A DNA stretch of 44,377 bases from Vermamoeba vermiformis. Its lineage: Eukaryota. The translations under genes and the position numbers were made by a program. Location: positions 496,001-540,377 of the forward strand of contig JBEWZL010000056.1 of NCBI GenBank assembly GCA_045837725.1. Direction: 5' to 3'. The notes beneath the pieces are model-generated. The model had not been told where the DNA came from and made no database searches. It saw only the letters and a list, made by a program, of their open reading frames with translations. Shown piece by piece: positions 23,401 through 35,112 of this stretch (positions are counted from its first letter, which is position 1; every line of letters begins with the position of its first letter).

Positions 23401-26400
23401 GCAGAAAATCAAGAGCCACAAACCTATTTCCCGTTTGTCGCAAAGAACCTGCTCGAATTCATGCGTCGAATGCTTGCAGCCTATCCGTTGATCGAGTTGA
23501 CTCCAGGATTGCTCAAAGTTTCGAGAATGACTGCGGAGGAATCGGCGAAGGATGTCAATGAACTGGTGCAGCTGTTGGAGGAATTCTTGAAGGCAAAGAT
23601 TCGCCAGCTGTTCCACAAGATTACAATGCACGCTGGTATGACTGCGGAGCAACTCCGAACGAAAATCAACGGATTGAAAAAGTTGAGCGCCAAGATTTCA
23701 CAGACAAGTCCTGACGTCAAGTTGGTTGTCTTTATCGACGAGTTCAACACCACCTCGGTAAGTCAGATTAGTCTATCATTTGTCATTGATGTGTATTAAT
23801 GTTATTTTGCAGATCATGGGCATGGTGAAGAACATTCTGTTCGATCATCGACTTGACGGAGAGCCCTTGCCGTCCAACATCTTCTTTGCTGCTGCAATGA
23901 ATCCTTATACGGTGAAGGAGGTGTCGGGCGAGCTCGATTACACGGGAGTGACGAGCAGCACCAAGTCATTGCCCTTCATTGTCCGACCAAATCCTCAGGC
24001 CATTGATCTGCTCGCGGTTGCATTTTCTGACTTTGACCAAGCCCAAGAGGAGCGGTTCTTGACGGTCTTCAGCAAGACGCGAGACGATCTTGGTAGCCCA
24101 GAAGAAATGGAAATCGTCAAGGACTTCCTATTAGCTGGGCAAAATCAACTGCGGGCTGCCAACATGGAAAGAATTCACGTGTCAATCCGAGACATCATGC
24201 GAGCCATCGATTTGTTCGTCTACTTCTCCAAGACCCCTGCAGGAGCAGCTCTACTCGGATTACCCGCAGACAGCTGCGTTCCTGGACATCACTATTATTC
24301 TCAACGATTCTGGCATTCGCTGTTCATGGCATGCAACATCACTTACCGCATTCGATTGGCAGCAAGAAGCGATTTGCGCAGTGACTTGCTCGCAATTTAC
24401 AAAGCTTTGTGCTTGGCCAATGACTACCACGGTGAATCAATTGAGGATGTAATTGAACGATGCTACACTCACCTCTACGAGTCAACTGCAATACCCGATG
24501 GCATTGCTCGTACAAAGACTTTGATGGAGAATCTTTTCGTGCTGGTCACCTGCATTGACGCAAAGATTCCTGTGATGATTATTGGTCCGGCTGGCACATC
24601 GAAGACTCTCAGCTTTACCATCACTGCGGATAACATGCGCAACAAGGCTTCTTCAAAGGAGTTCTACCGCTTGTTTAGCCAAGTTCATCCGTTCCGCTAT
24701 CAATGCACCCAACATTCAACGGATACGGAGGTTGATGGAGTCTATCAGTCGGCCATTAGGCGCCAGAAGTTCTTTGAGAACGACACTGCCAAGAATACTG
24801 AGCGCAGTACAGTGTTTTTGGACGAAGCCAACTTGCCTGACGACTTTGAAATGCCACTGAAAGTGTTGCACTATCACTTGGATCACCCTGTTGTCTCGTC
24901 GGTCATTCTCTGCAACCGCATTCTGGACGCACCAAAGACGAACAGAGCTGTCGTACTTCAGCTGCCTCCTTCGCTCACTCAAGAGGATTTGTATGCTCTG
25001 GCGAAGGGCAGCTTCTCTGCGGCAGACGAATCCGAGTACAACAGACAGCTTTTGATGGCTCTTTGCAGCGCGTTCTCAAAGATCAACAACGTTGCGAAGG
25101 AGTTCCGCGACAAGTTCTTCCAACATCGCGACTTCATCTACTTCTTACGTTTCTTAAGAACACAGTCCTCTGTTGGACAGTCAGCCCGTATTCAGTTGAC
25201 ACCAAAGCTTCTCATCAATGCTTTGGAGCGCAATTTCAACGGCATTCCCTTCAACGTGTTCCGCAAGATCGTTCAATTGTTTATTGAAGAGTTCAATCGC
25301 TTTATGATGCACAAAGAAACTCCTTGGGATGTTGATAAGATCATTGGCTCTTTGAAGAACAGAACGATTCAACTAATCGAGGAGAGTTTGGCAGAGACTG
25401 TTAAACCTGACGAGAATCCCAACTTGGCACCGTTCCGTTACATGATGTTGCTCGATCCCACGGATTCAGACGCTGCCGTCTCTTTGTTCTTGTCAACATT
25501 CAAACAAGAAGTGGAAGTCTGCTACGTTGGCGAGTTCGACGACGATGCTACAGACGAGGCTCGTGGCAATCTGATCCGCAAAGTCACTCAATCAATGGCA
25601 ACTGGCAAAACTGTGCTTCTTCTGAACGTGTTGCCCATCGCCACTTCGTTCTACGATTTATTCAACAGACACTTCTCGAAGAAGCCTTCTGCGGACCAAT
25701 CCTACTACGCGTACATTGCCGTTGGCTCTAATTCTCGTCCTTGCGTTGTTCACCCGAACTTCAAGGTCATTGTGCACATCCCAATATCGTCATTGGCAGC
25801 AACTCACCTGCCGTTCTTGGATCGCTTTGAGAAGTATCAGCTGTCCGTTGAACAAGTGCTCGAAGCGAAGCTTTCCAAGTTGTCGCTTCAGACTTTCTAT
25901 TGCGCGAACAATACTAAGATTGACGGATTTACAATGTTCAAGAACGCTCTCACTGACATGGTTGAAAAATTGCACGGCGCACAATGCAACGATCAACTGC
26001 TGTACGGAATCAATCCCAAAGAGACAGTGTCGTCATTCATTTATGCGATCTTGCAAAACACACTGTCGGTGTTTTCCGAGACATCAACCAAGATCATGCC
26101 TATGATTTGGGAACCGTTTGAAGTCGAGGAGTGGGCAAAGGCTATCACTGACGAGAGCAACGAAGATCCTGCTTTGAGTGAAGAATTTGCTGCTCCGCAA
26201 GCTCAACCCGAGGACGACGAAGAGGCACTTGTCAATCCTACAGAGCACATTCGAGCAGCCATTCGTCAGCTGAACTTGCATTTAATGCAACTGGCAAGAC
26301 CTGAAATCGTGTTCAATTGCAGAACACTGCCCAAGGCTTACGTGACACACTACTTGCTGAAACAAGAACACTTCAGCGTGCTTCGTTTCTTGAAGCAGTT

Positions 26401-29400
26401 GCTCAAGGCCAAGGCAAACGTCAACGTCAAGAACAAGTGGACAGTCTACAGTCGAAGTTCAGCGTACTACCACCAAGCTGATGTTTTGCGCAACGCCATT
26501 GAAGAAATCGAGCCTGGCATTCAAGTTGAAGAGTTCGACAAGGTTCGATCTGGTCATCAATGCGACACGATGGTCCAATCTTTCTTTGACGACGCTTCAA
26601 AGAAGGCACTCGTTATTCTCTTGGACATGACTAGATCAACGACTACAATGATCAACTACCTTCGTCATCAAATTGACAGCTATTCTACCGCGCACAGCGA
26701 CCGTTTGGTAGTCTTGATCATGCACTTCCCGCCTGAACTCAACTTCATCTCAAAGCCAATTCACCAAGTTATCTATTTGAATGATTGGGATTACATGTAT
26801 ATTGACTCCCTTGGTGCGAAGAGCGAAGAAATTTCCGACGATGCAGATCCGTTGGAGATCGATGCTAGAACTTGGATTGCACTTGGTTACGGCCTTAAGA
26901 TATCCAAAGTCACACCGTCTTCGATCAAAAACGCCTTCAAGAAAGCGTTCTTCACTCAAGTGAACAAGTTCATGGCACGCTGGAACGGACGCGGTAGCAC
27001 ACCTGCCTACATACCTGCCGCCCGCAACAAGATCTTGAAAGACTTTATGGATGCCAATCCTCATTTGTACGAAGAGGTTTTAATGCAGTTCTCTCGCAGC
27101 TGGAGTGACTCGTTGCTATCCGTTGTCGTATCCGACATCAGCGAAGCCATTCAAAAGGGCTCTGTTGTTGACAGTTTTGCAAGCGTTGTCTTGTCTTCGC
27201 TGCAATTCTTGTTGGCTCCTTTTGCTCTTGGATTCCTTCGCCGTTTGTATGGCAACGGTAACTTCGATGCAGTTCAGAATGCGTTGAAGACCGGATCCGA
27301 AGACTGCAAGCAGCTCATCATGCTGGCTGTTAAAGCAATCAAAGTGCCGAAACTGAAGACAGTGCTTCAGCAGAATTCTGTCAGCGAAGAGCTTCTCACG
27401 ATCGATTCAACATTCCTCAAACGCCCTTCGTTGCCGTACTACGACTTCATCTACGATATGTTGACTGAAGCTTATCGCAAAGTGAGATCTCAATCCGCTT
27501 CCAACAAGAGCTTACGCACTCGAGTTCTCGATTACATTCAAGACAACGTTGCACTCAAAGAGCTGGTTCAACACATTGACAAGAGCGAGGAGTTGAAAGA
27601 CAAGTTCATCATGTGTTTTGTTCAACGCACTCTTGGCTTCGACAAACTTCGTCCCAGTCTGCAAGAAGTTTGCAAGCTCGTCATTCAGAAGCTCGTCAAC
27701 AGTCCTCGAGTTGTTGATTTGCTTTTCGTGAAGCTCACTCACGAAGACAAGTTTACGGTGTTGAACTCTTGTTTGATGCCATTACAAGCACTTGGTTCTG
27801 ATGATTTGGACAACATACTCGTTGAAAGATTGCAAGAGGCTTTCCACTTGAACGCTCAGGTACGAAATACTTTCACGTGCTTTGAACTTGAACTAACATT
27901 TGTTCAGAATCTAAGCATTGCAGAAGTTGCACCGTTAATCGACATCGTGATTAGCAAAGCTACTGTTGATATTCTTTGGGAGACGTTGAATGCTATTGGA
28001 GGTGATCGTGATCAATTGAACGAGTGGCAGAAGGCGTTCGGTCTGCTCTTTGACCGTTACCCTTCGCACTTCCATCTCCCATCAGCTGAGCAAAGCCAAG
28101 CATGGAAGTACAGTACAATGGTGTCAGCACTGTTACTAAGTCATCAGTTTGCGGACGAGTGCCTTCCATTGTTCAACTCATTCGAAGCAGTGGCCACAGC
28201 ATGTCGTGTTGTTCCAAGCGATCAAGTCACTCTTCAACAAGCTCTCCAACAGAGCCACGCCCTGATGCAGCAATTGAACATTGCACCATCCGAAGAAGTC
28301 GTGTACTTCGCTCAAAAGCTCTTGCACTCGCTGCTGATTCACGCATCAGCATCTTGCTACGGAAAGGCAAAGTACTTGATCGAAGAGTTCGTACGACTTT
28401 GCAATGGTAAGTACCTGAACAATTCAACCAATCAATACTAACCTAGAGTTAGATGGTGACGTGCCATTGTGGGCTGCGATCCCGTTCAGCTGGAAAGCGA
28501 ACATGTTCAATTCGTTAATCGATGCAGCAACTCCCGCAGTCAAAGAAGAGATCGTTCAATATACTGCACACGTGCTGAAAGAGGCACTGCCACCTCAACA
28601 CCAATTCAGCATCAACCCGTTGTCAAAGCAGTTGACTAATGAAGAGGCTGCTCTCATAAAAAAGCAACTCACACTAGAGACACCATTGAAACCGTTGGAA
28701 TCGATGCTTTTCTTTACGTTGCTTCAGCAATCGAAGACTAGTACGAACAATCTTGGTGCTATTGCTGCAGAGTATGTCGAGTGCAACAACGCGTCAATCT
28801 TGGATCAGATTCACAGAGCAGTGTTGGCCACGAGACTGCTTCAGACTTTTGGCAATGACATTTCTACGGCTAATTCTGTCACGCAATTGGTCCAAAATTA
28901 TCCAACGGTTCCAGTCTCTATCATCGACACAATCAAGAAAGTCATTGCTCAAGAAGTGACAGTTCTAAATCGAGAGGCTTACTTGATTCAATCAATTGCT
29001 AATGACGAGCGGTTGGTTGAGCTCGTGCGAGATCAGCCATTGCTTGAACGACTCGGAATGGCTTCTTGGTTTATGAACGATGCAGTTGATGTCAGCGGTG
29101 GTCACTTGCCTTCATTCATCATTGACGAGCATTCACCTCTTCATCGCAAGTACCAACAGATGAAGCAGAGCATTGTCGCTGGCAGCGAAGAGCAGTTCTT
29201 GCAACTTCTCAATGAGAACACCGTCTTCGAGTCCAAAATGCTCCTTGTGCTCGTGACCTACTACGAGTTCTTCGTTCACGGTCGAGCATGTGACTTCGTC
29301 AAAGCCAAGCTGGACACAATTCTCTCTCAACGACTGAACTTGGTGCCGAGAGAAGTATCAGCACTCCTGTTCATCAGCTTGGGTCCAAAGAACACTCCTG

Positions 29401-32400
29401 TCGAGTTCGATCCTGTGTTCTTGTTCACTGCACACGCACAACAACGCCCGCAAGTGTACGACTTGAAGTTAGCTCACATGCTCGTCAACATGCTTGCGAT
29501 TGCCATGGGAACACCAACAGACTCCAATCACCTCTACATTCGAATGTTTGCTCCTGAGAAAATGCGAGGAACTTTCTGTCCTGGTTCAGATTCAAACAGA
29601 GGCAATCACGATTGCGGCTTCAAGTACGATGAGAAGACCGGCAAACTTACAAGTTCAAGTCAGCCACCTATCATGGGCGATCATGCTCTGAAAAGAATGG
29701 CTTTGAATACGACCACGTGGGGAGCTCTGTGCTGGAGTTGCATTGTAGACGAAGCCTCTGCGAATGTTGTGCTTGATCCTGGTCTTCATTTGCTGAACTA
29801 CGTTGACGTTGATGTTGGCGAGTTTGCTCAGTGGGCGAAGGCAAACACTATTCTCAGCCCGGCACAAAAAGCGCGAAGCTACATCTTCCGTCGCTTTGCA
29901 ACGTTTTTCCAACTTCTCAGCACCAATCACGAAATTGCAGAGCAACAGATCCAACCGAACGTCTTCCTCAACGAAGTGTTAATTGAACTGATGAACGATG
30001 CTGTTAATCCTGCAAAGCCAACAGCATTGAAGTCCGTTTTTGCTAGCGCTCAAGAGGCAATTAACTACGAGGAACATATGAAAGGAATATTCAATCGAGT
30101 GCTGAACAACATTAAGGACCGTCAAGAAGTGTTCCAAGTGCAGCTCGTCAAGAGCAACAAGATATTTGCGTTGGCCCAAGGACTCAAGCGCAACTTGTGT
30201 GGATTTGGTCCTATCTTCTCATTCGACAAATTCACGACTGTCTTGGCGAACACTCAGGTCAATCAATACACGGACATGATCTTAGAATTCATTCGCAACA
30301 TGAACTCGCCTTCGTTGTTCACTTGCTTGCAGTACGCAACACAACTGATCACATTCTATCGCAACGTGAATGCACTGTTCAACAATCGATTGACGACAGA
30401 GGATGCATTGAAGCCGATCTCAGAGTGCATTCAAATCTTGCGTACTTACGAATCAGAAGACATTGTTAAGCAATTTGAGAACTCGTTCGCTGAGTTCAAG
30501 AAGAGTTGGGAGGAAATATCCTACCTCCTGATTACACTTGATCCCGAGGCATGTGCTGGCCAAGCCTTCGAATTGGAAGTGCCACAGATTGACGATGACA
30601 CGCCGTTCATAGTGCTGATCTCTGACCCGAGCGATCCTCGCTGCATGGACTCAATTATCAAAGTGCTCACAACGCTGTTCAATCGGCAAGAGAAGCTGCT
30701 GTCAATGTGCGATGCTATTCTCCCTGACGCCCGTCCCGAGGCAGTGCCAGCTGAGTGGCTGCCATTGCACGCTGATCATCAATTCATGTTGCTCAATAGC
30801 ATCGATTTGGAGCACGTGAAACACGTCTGCGTGTCGCAGCTCACTCTGCCTGACAACGTCACTATTCACGTGCCCCACAATGGCTTGTCATTCAACACAC
30901 AACGCGTTGCTCTGTTCCTGATTCGCTTGCTTCAATCCAAGCCAATTATCAAGCTGGGCAATCTGAAGCAGCGATTCAGTTACAAGATCGGAGACACAGC
31001 TGACTTCTCTACCGTCGCTTCGCTTGGTCCTTCTAAACCGACTCCATCTCAACTGCCCGTTGTTGAGCTCGTGAGGGCTCAGATGGGCGTTAATCCAATT
31101 CAATACAAGGCGAATTCAATTCGTGACAAGAGCAGATTTGCTACTCCGCTAGAACTGACGGATCGCGTTCGTGTGAAACAACTGTTGAGCACATTATCAG
31201 ACGTGCAATTCAACAAGTTATGCGATCAGTTGGCAGCGATTCTGACGTGGATTATGTTGCCTTCTGTGAACGAGAACAATCAACTGAACGGATTGCTGGT
31301 AGAAGCGAAGAACACGTTGCTTCATTCGCTGGCCAAAGAAGCGTTGCAGTTCGCCGACGAGGATCCTATTGGTCCAATGAGCTTTGCAGCGTGTTACTTG
31401 AAGGAGATTGCCCTGCTCGTAGTTGACTTCCATAATCTCCGAGCCAAGCTGTTCCAGTACTCTCCTGACGTTGATGAAGAGCTCTCTGAAGCGGCGCAGA
31501 CCAAGCTCAGCCATTTTGCCTCGACTTTGACTCATAAGAAGAAGTGGTTCGACAAGATCAAACAGTTGCTCGGAGAATTGCAACAATCACGCGTAGCGAA
31601 TTTGTTAGAAGCGAACATGCACAAGCCACTTCGAATCTTCATCAAGAAGGAGATGGCCGCTCATGGCTGGACCAACGAAGAAATCTCTGCAGTGTTGCCT
31701 GACGAAGTACAAGCACGAAATTTTGGTGCCTATCTGCGACACATGTACCGCTTGTGTGGCGAGTTGTCCTTCTCGTTCTCTGCTACCAAATCATCGGCAG
31801 CTGTGGTTGAGCAAGGAGTGTACGTGGAGCTCGTGCCTGATGGAATTATCACTGCTGAACCAGAAGGCAGCAATTACGTTGAAGCACCTGACTATAGCAA
31901 GCTTGAGGAGGAAGCAGAGACGAGCGAGACACCGAACTTGATCACTGAGTTCAACGCACCAAATGTCAAGCCTCACACTGTCGAAGTAGAGCAGCAATCG
32001 GCCAGTGAAACAGCCCTGGTAACTGGCACCCCACGAGATATTCCCAAGCTGATCAAGAACCTCGGCAACACGTGCTACATGAGCTCTGTACTTCAAGTTA
32101 TTACTGCGTTGTCGGAAATTTCTTCACAAGGCTTGATTACTCCTCTAACGCAACTTATTCATCATTTGTACGCCAGTGATTCCGACGACAGTTACTACCC
32201 TCGAAAGTTCCAATCAGAGTTCGCAGCAATGAAAAAAGCACACAAAAGGTTCAAGATTGGAGAGCAGCAAGATGCGCACGAGTTCATGGTGCACTTGATC
32301 GACTCGCTGCCCAAGGCTTTCAACCAACTGTTCAAGATTGACTTGTCGTACACGATCACGTGTCAGCACTGCCAGCACGAGGAAAAAGGAACAACCGAAT

Positions 32401-33543
32401 TGTTTGACTTGCCTCTTGACATCAAGCCAACGGGTCCCAATCAGCTTCACGAAATGTTGAATGCGTTTATCAACGAGCCAGTCGATGAATGGTGCGTTAC
32501 TGAACTCACGTTAGTTTGTTTAGTATTAACGTTGTTTATTAGGATTTGCACGAAGTGCCAGCAGAAGCACGAGCAAAACATCAAGCACTACAGAATCATG
32601 AAGTTGCCACAAGTTTTGGTTCTGGTCTTCAAGCGGTTCAAAACGACAATGTTCTCACGCGAAAAGGATAGCACTGCCGTTGTCTTCCCAACGAAACACT
32701 TGAATTTGGGAGGTTTTGGCGATGACTTGACATCTTTGGACTTGTGCGGCTCAGTGGTACGTGCTCATTGACAAAACAGCGCCTTGACATAACGCTACTA
32801 TTGCTATCTAGGTCCACACTGGCAGTCTTAATGCTGGTCACTACTACAGCTATTTTATGCGCAACGAACAGTGGTACGCAGCTGATGATTTGACTCAACG
32901 AATCAGACACATCTCGGTGCCGAGCAAATACGAATTGAATGGCTCGTACATTGTGTTCTATTCTGCTGCTCCTGTGGTACCTGCAGTGCACGTGCAAGTA
33001 CGAAGTGAGGCAGGGCAAGAACAGCAGGCCCAGGAAAACACTGCCACCAACGTGACTAACGCAGTCGAGCCGTCGCAAGATTTGCAAGCGGAGTTACTTC
33101 CTGAGCTATCAACGGCTGTCCAATTGAATGAACTCCTCACCCAACTTGAGCAAGGAGCGATGCAGACCGATGCACCTCAAGTTACGCAACCAGCTGTGGA
33201 AGTCAAAGTAGTACCTGTTGTAGCAACATCGATGACGACCTCGGTGGTTGAAGCGAAATCTCCCGAGAGCGAGATCAAAATGACCAGCTCGCTTACCAGT
33301 TCAGCACCAGCACAGCCAAAGACGATCATTGTGCGAAAGTTAGGTGCGAAGAGAGGTGGTGCTGAAGTAGTCAATCCTCAATCGATTCAAGAGCTGTTAA
33401 CTGTTGGCAGTGAATTGCTCGAGATTCATGCTGTCAAAGTGCGCAGAGTCAGAACTGAAGCTGAAATCCGTGACTTGAATGCGATCCAGCACGAAGAAGT
33501 TGTCTTCTTGACTACTGAAGAAGACGAAAAGGATTTTAACTAA
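17420..33543 (+). CDS. RNF213/mysterin-like giant AAA+ ATPase (about 5,000 aa) with C-terminal USP deubiquitinase and KHA-like domain, copy B
   Basis: In-frame joins across introns 17536-17588, 18001-18079, 18174-18503 (tentative), 18796-18849, 19115-19159, 19967-20015, 20159-20207, 23758-23812, 27860-27907, 28407-28452, 32492-32542 and 32757-32811. Walker A-type motifs GNPGEGKST (22018), GDTGLGKT (23143) and GPAGTSKT (24584), Walker B VVFIDEFNT and VFLDEAN. RNF213-type signatures: MPLKVLHYHLD, LDAPKTNR, ALERNFNG, SMATGKTVLLLN..SFYDLFN, CVVHPNFKVIV, PFLDRFEK. The true start may lie upstream of 17420. Confidence 0.9.
26476..31010 (+). repeat. Direct segmental duplication of window 1-~4530 (paralogous RNF213-like region)
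   Basis: Long near-identical blocks at an offset of about 26.5 kb, including both introns at the same positions and lengths (48 and 46 nt). Confidence 0.92.
32050..32962 (+). other. USP (peptidase C19) domain within copy B
   Basis: Cys box NLGNTCYMSSVLQ (Cys 32073-32075), QQDAHEF, CQHC/CTKC zinc ligands, LPQVLVLVFKRF, and spliced His box VVHTGSLNAGHYYSY..WYAADD (His 32839-32841, Asp 32884-32889). Confidence 0.92.
33319..33540 (+). other. KHA-like (ubiquitin/DCX-fold) C-terminal domain of copy B
   Basis: TIIVRK..GGAEVVNPQSIQELLTVGSELLEIHAVKVR..EAEIRDLNAIQHEEVVFL, homologous to 4671-4885. Confidence 0.62.
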
Positions 33544-33584
33544 TTGTCACTACTGCACCAATAAATATGACTATTTGATCAATT

Positions 33585-34875
33585 TTAATCTCTTTGCTTC
33601 TCCGCACGCAAAGCTCTTAATTCACAATTCTTCATTATGGCCATTACTTCCTTCTCACAGTTAGTAAAAAAAGTGACGAGGAAATTCATAAATGCACGAA
33701 GGTCATTGACGTTCATAATGTCGAAGCCATCTCCCGAGGGTGAGTCATACTCTTGAATGACAAATTTCTTGACGTCACCAACTGGTGTTGCTCCGTGGAC
33801 TACCGTGTCGATATAATATTCAGGAATTTCTGCTCGATAGATGCGGATCTTTGTTCCCGCAACCTTGATCGCTGTTGCAATAAATATGCCATTATCCCTG
33901 ACTGAAAATAACGTCAATAAGCATTCACAAGTTTGATCGTTATATTTTGCTTACTTTGTTTAGGGAATTCAATTGTTCTATTCATATAGCGAACGCGCGT
34001 CCATTCGTTGTAATTAAGTGTCGCTTGAACGAGCATTTGTGCCACCATTGGTCCATGTAGTTCTCGAGAGTGTGTACCTTGGTGGTCCTTGACTACAAAG
34101 GCTACCAATGGTTTCATCGGCATTTCACTGATTTGTGTAGGACTTTGCATGTCGTTTTTTGACGTCTTCATGTACGCATCCAGATGGATGGCAAAGTCAT
34201 AGACTGCAACAAGACTAGAATCCCTGAACTGTATTTCCGCTCTGTGTTTTGGCCTGCAAAACATAAATTAATGATTATGATAAATATCAATGACTTACTT
34301 TAAGTGCACGAATTTACAATTACTCGTGGACATCTTGAGCAGCAAAGCCATCAGCGAATCCACCTTAACTTCTGTTGTGGTGGTATCGTGATCACGAGCG
34401 ATAGAATTAATGAGCGCTAAAGCATCCTGCAATAACTTGTCCGTAGGTTGGATATCCTGGTAAAGTTTAATTTCTTTGTATCCTCGATGGACCCTTTGCT
34501 CCGCTTACCTCTTGACCCTGAACACTCTTTTTTGCATTAGTTTTCAGAAATAAATCTAGAATATTCTCTTGGCATACCTTGCTGTAGTATTCTACTTTTC
34601 CAGCTTTTTGCAAAGTATTAAATATGTCATAAGCGATGGAGTTTTTGGGAGCCTGCAAGTCTTCGGTTAGTAAATAATGTAATTAATTTCATATTAATTA
34701 CTTGTGCCAAACGAAGCAAACGGGATTCATAGGTGATAGCGTCAGCGGCAGAATAAGCGTCTGTCTTTTTTCGCTTTTGCAACAAAGTCTGTCCGTTTGT
34801 TCGGCGAAACGGAGACGTGGCACCCTTTAAAATATTACTTGCTGGACTACTAATAGTCTTGAGCAAACGAAACAT
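33585..34875 (-). CDS. Degenerate PD-(D/E)xK (restriction-endonuclease-fold)-like protein with basic, presequence-like N-terminus
   Basis: Spliced model, including a 9-nt exon at 34509-34517: MFRLLKTISSPASNILKGATSPFRR..TEVKVDSLMALLL..AVYDFAI..VAFVVKDH..PMVAQMLVQATLN..IKVAGTKIRIYRAEI..VVHGATP. Motif order resembles eukaryotic REase-fold families, judged from memory only. Confidence 0.5.
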
Positions 34876-35112
34876 GATGAGTTGTGGTATTTAGTTTCAG
34901 AAAAAATTTTCGGTTGCAAAGATCCCGCTTCAAAAAATAAGGGGTTATCCGCTTCTGGAAAAAGCTCAAATCCGGGCACGCATACGAAAAAGCACTATTT
35001 ATAGATTGATTACATAATAAAATGCTTATACTAACTCGAATAAAGGCATTTTTATAATTATGGGTTGGCGATACGTGCAACTGACTAGCCAAATGAAATC
35101 AATAAGTCAAGA

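Noticed and set aside
23143-24900. Dynein heavy chain or midasin
   Set aside because: Flanking motifs (MPLKVLH, LDAPKTNR, MATGKTVLLLN, CVVHPNF) match RNF213-type proteins rather than dynein or midasin.
17599-33543. An operon of separate ORFs, or a frameshifted pseudogene
   Set aside because: Each break has a GT donor, a branch-like motif and an AG acceptor that restores the frame, so these are introns of one gene.
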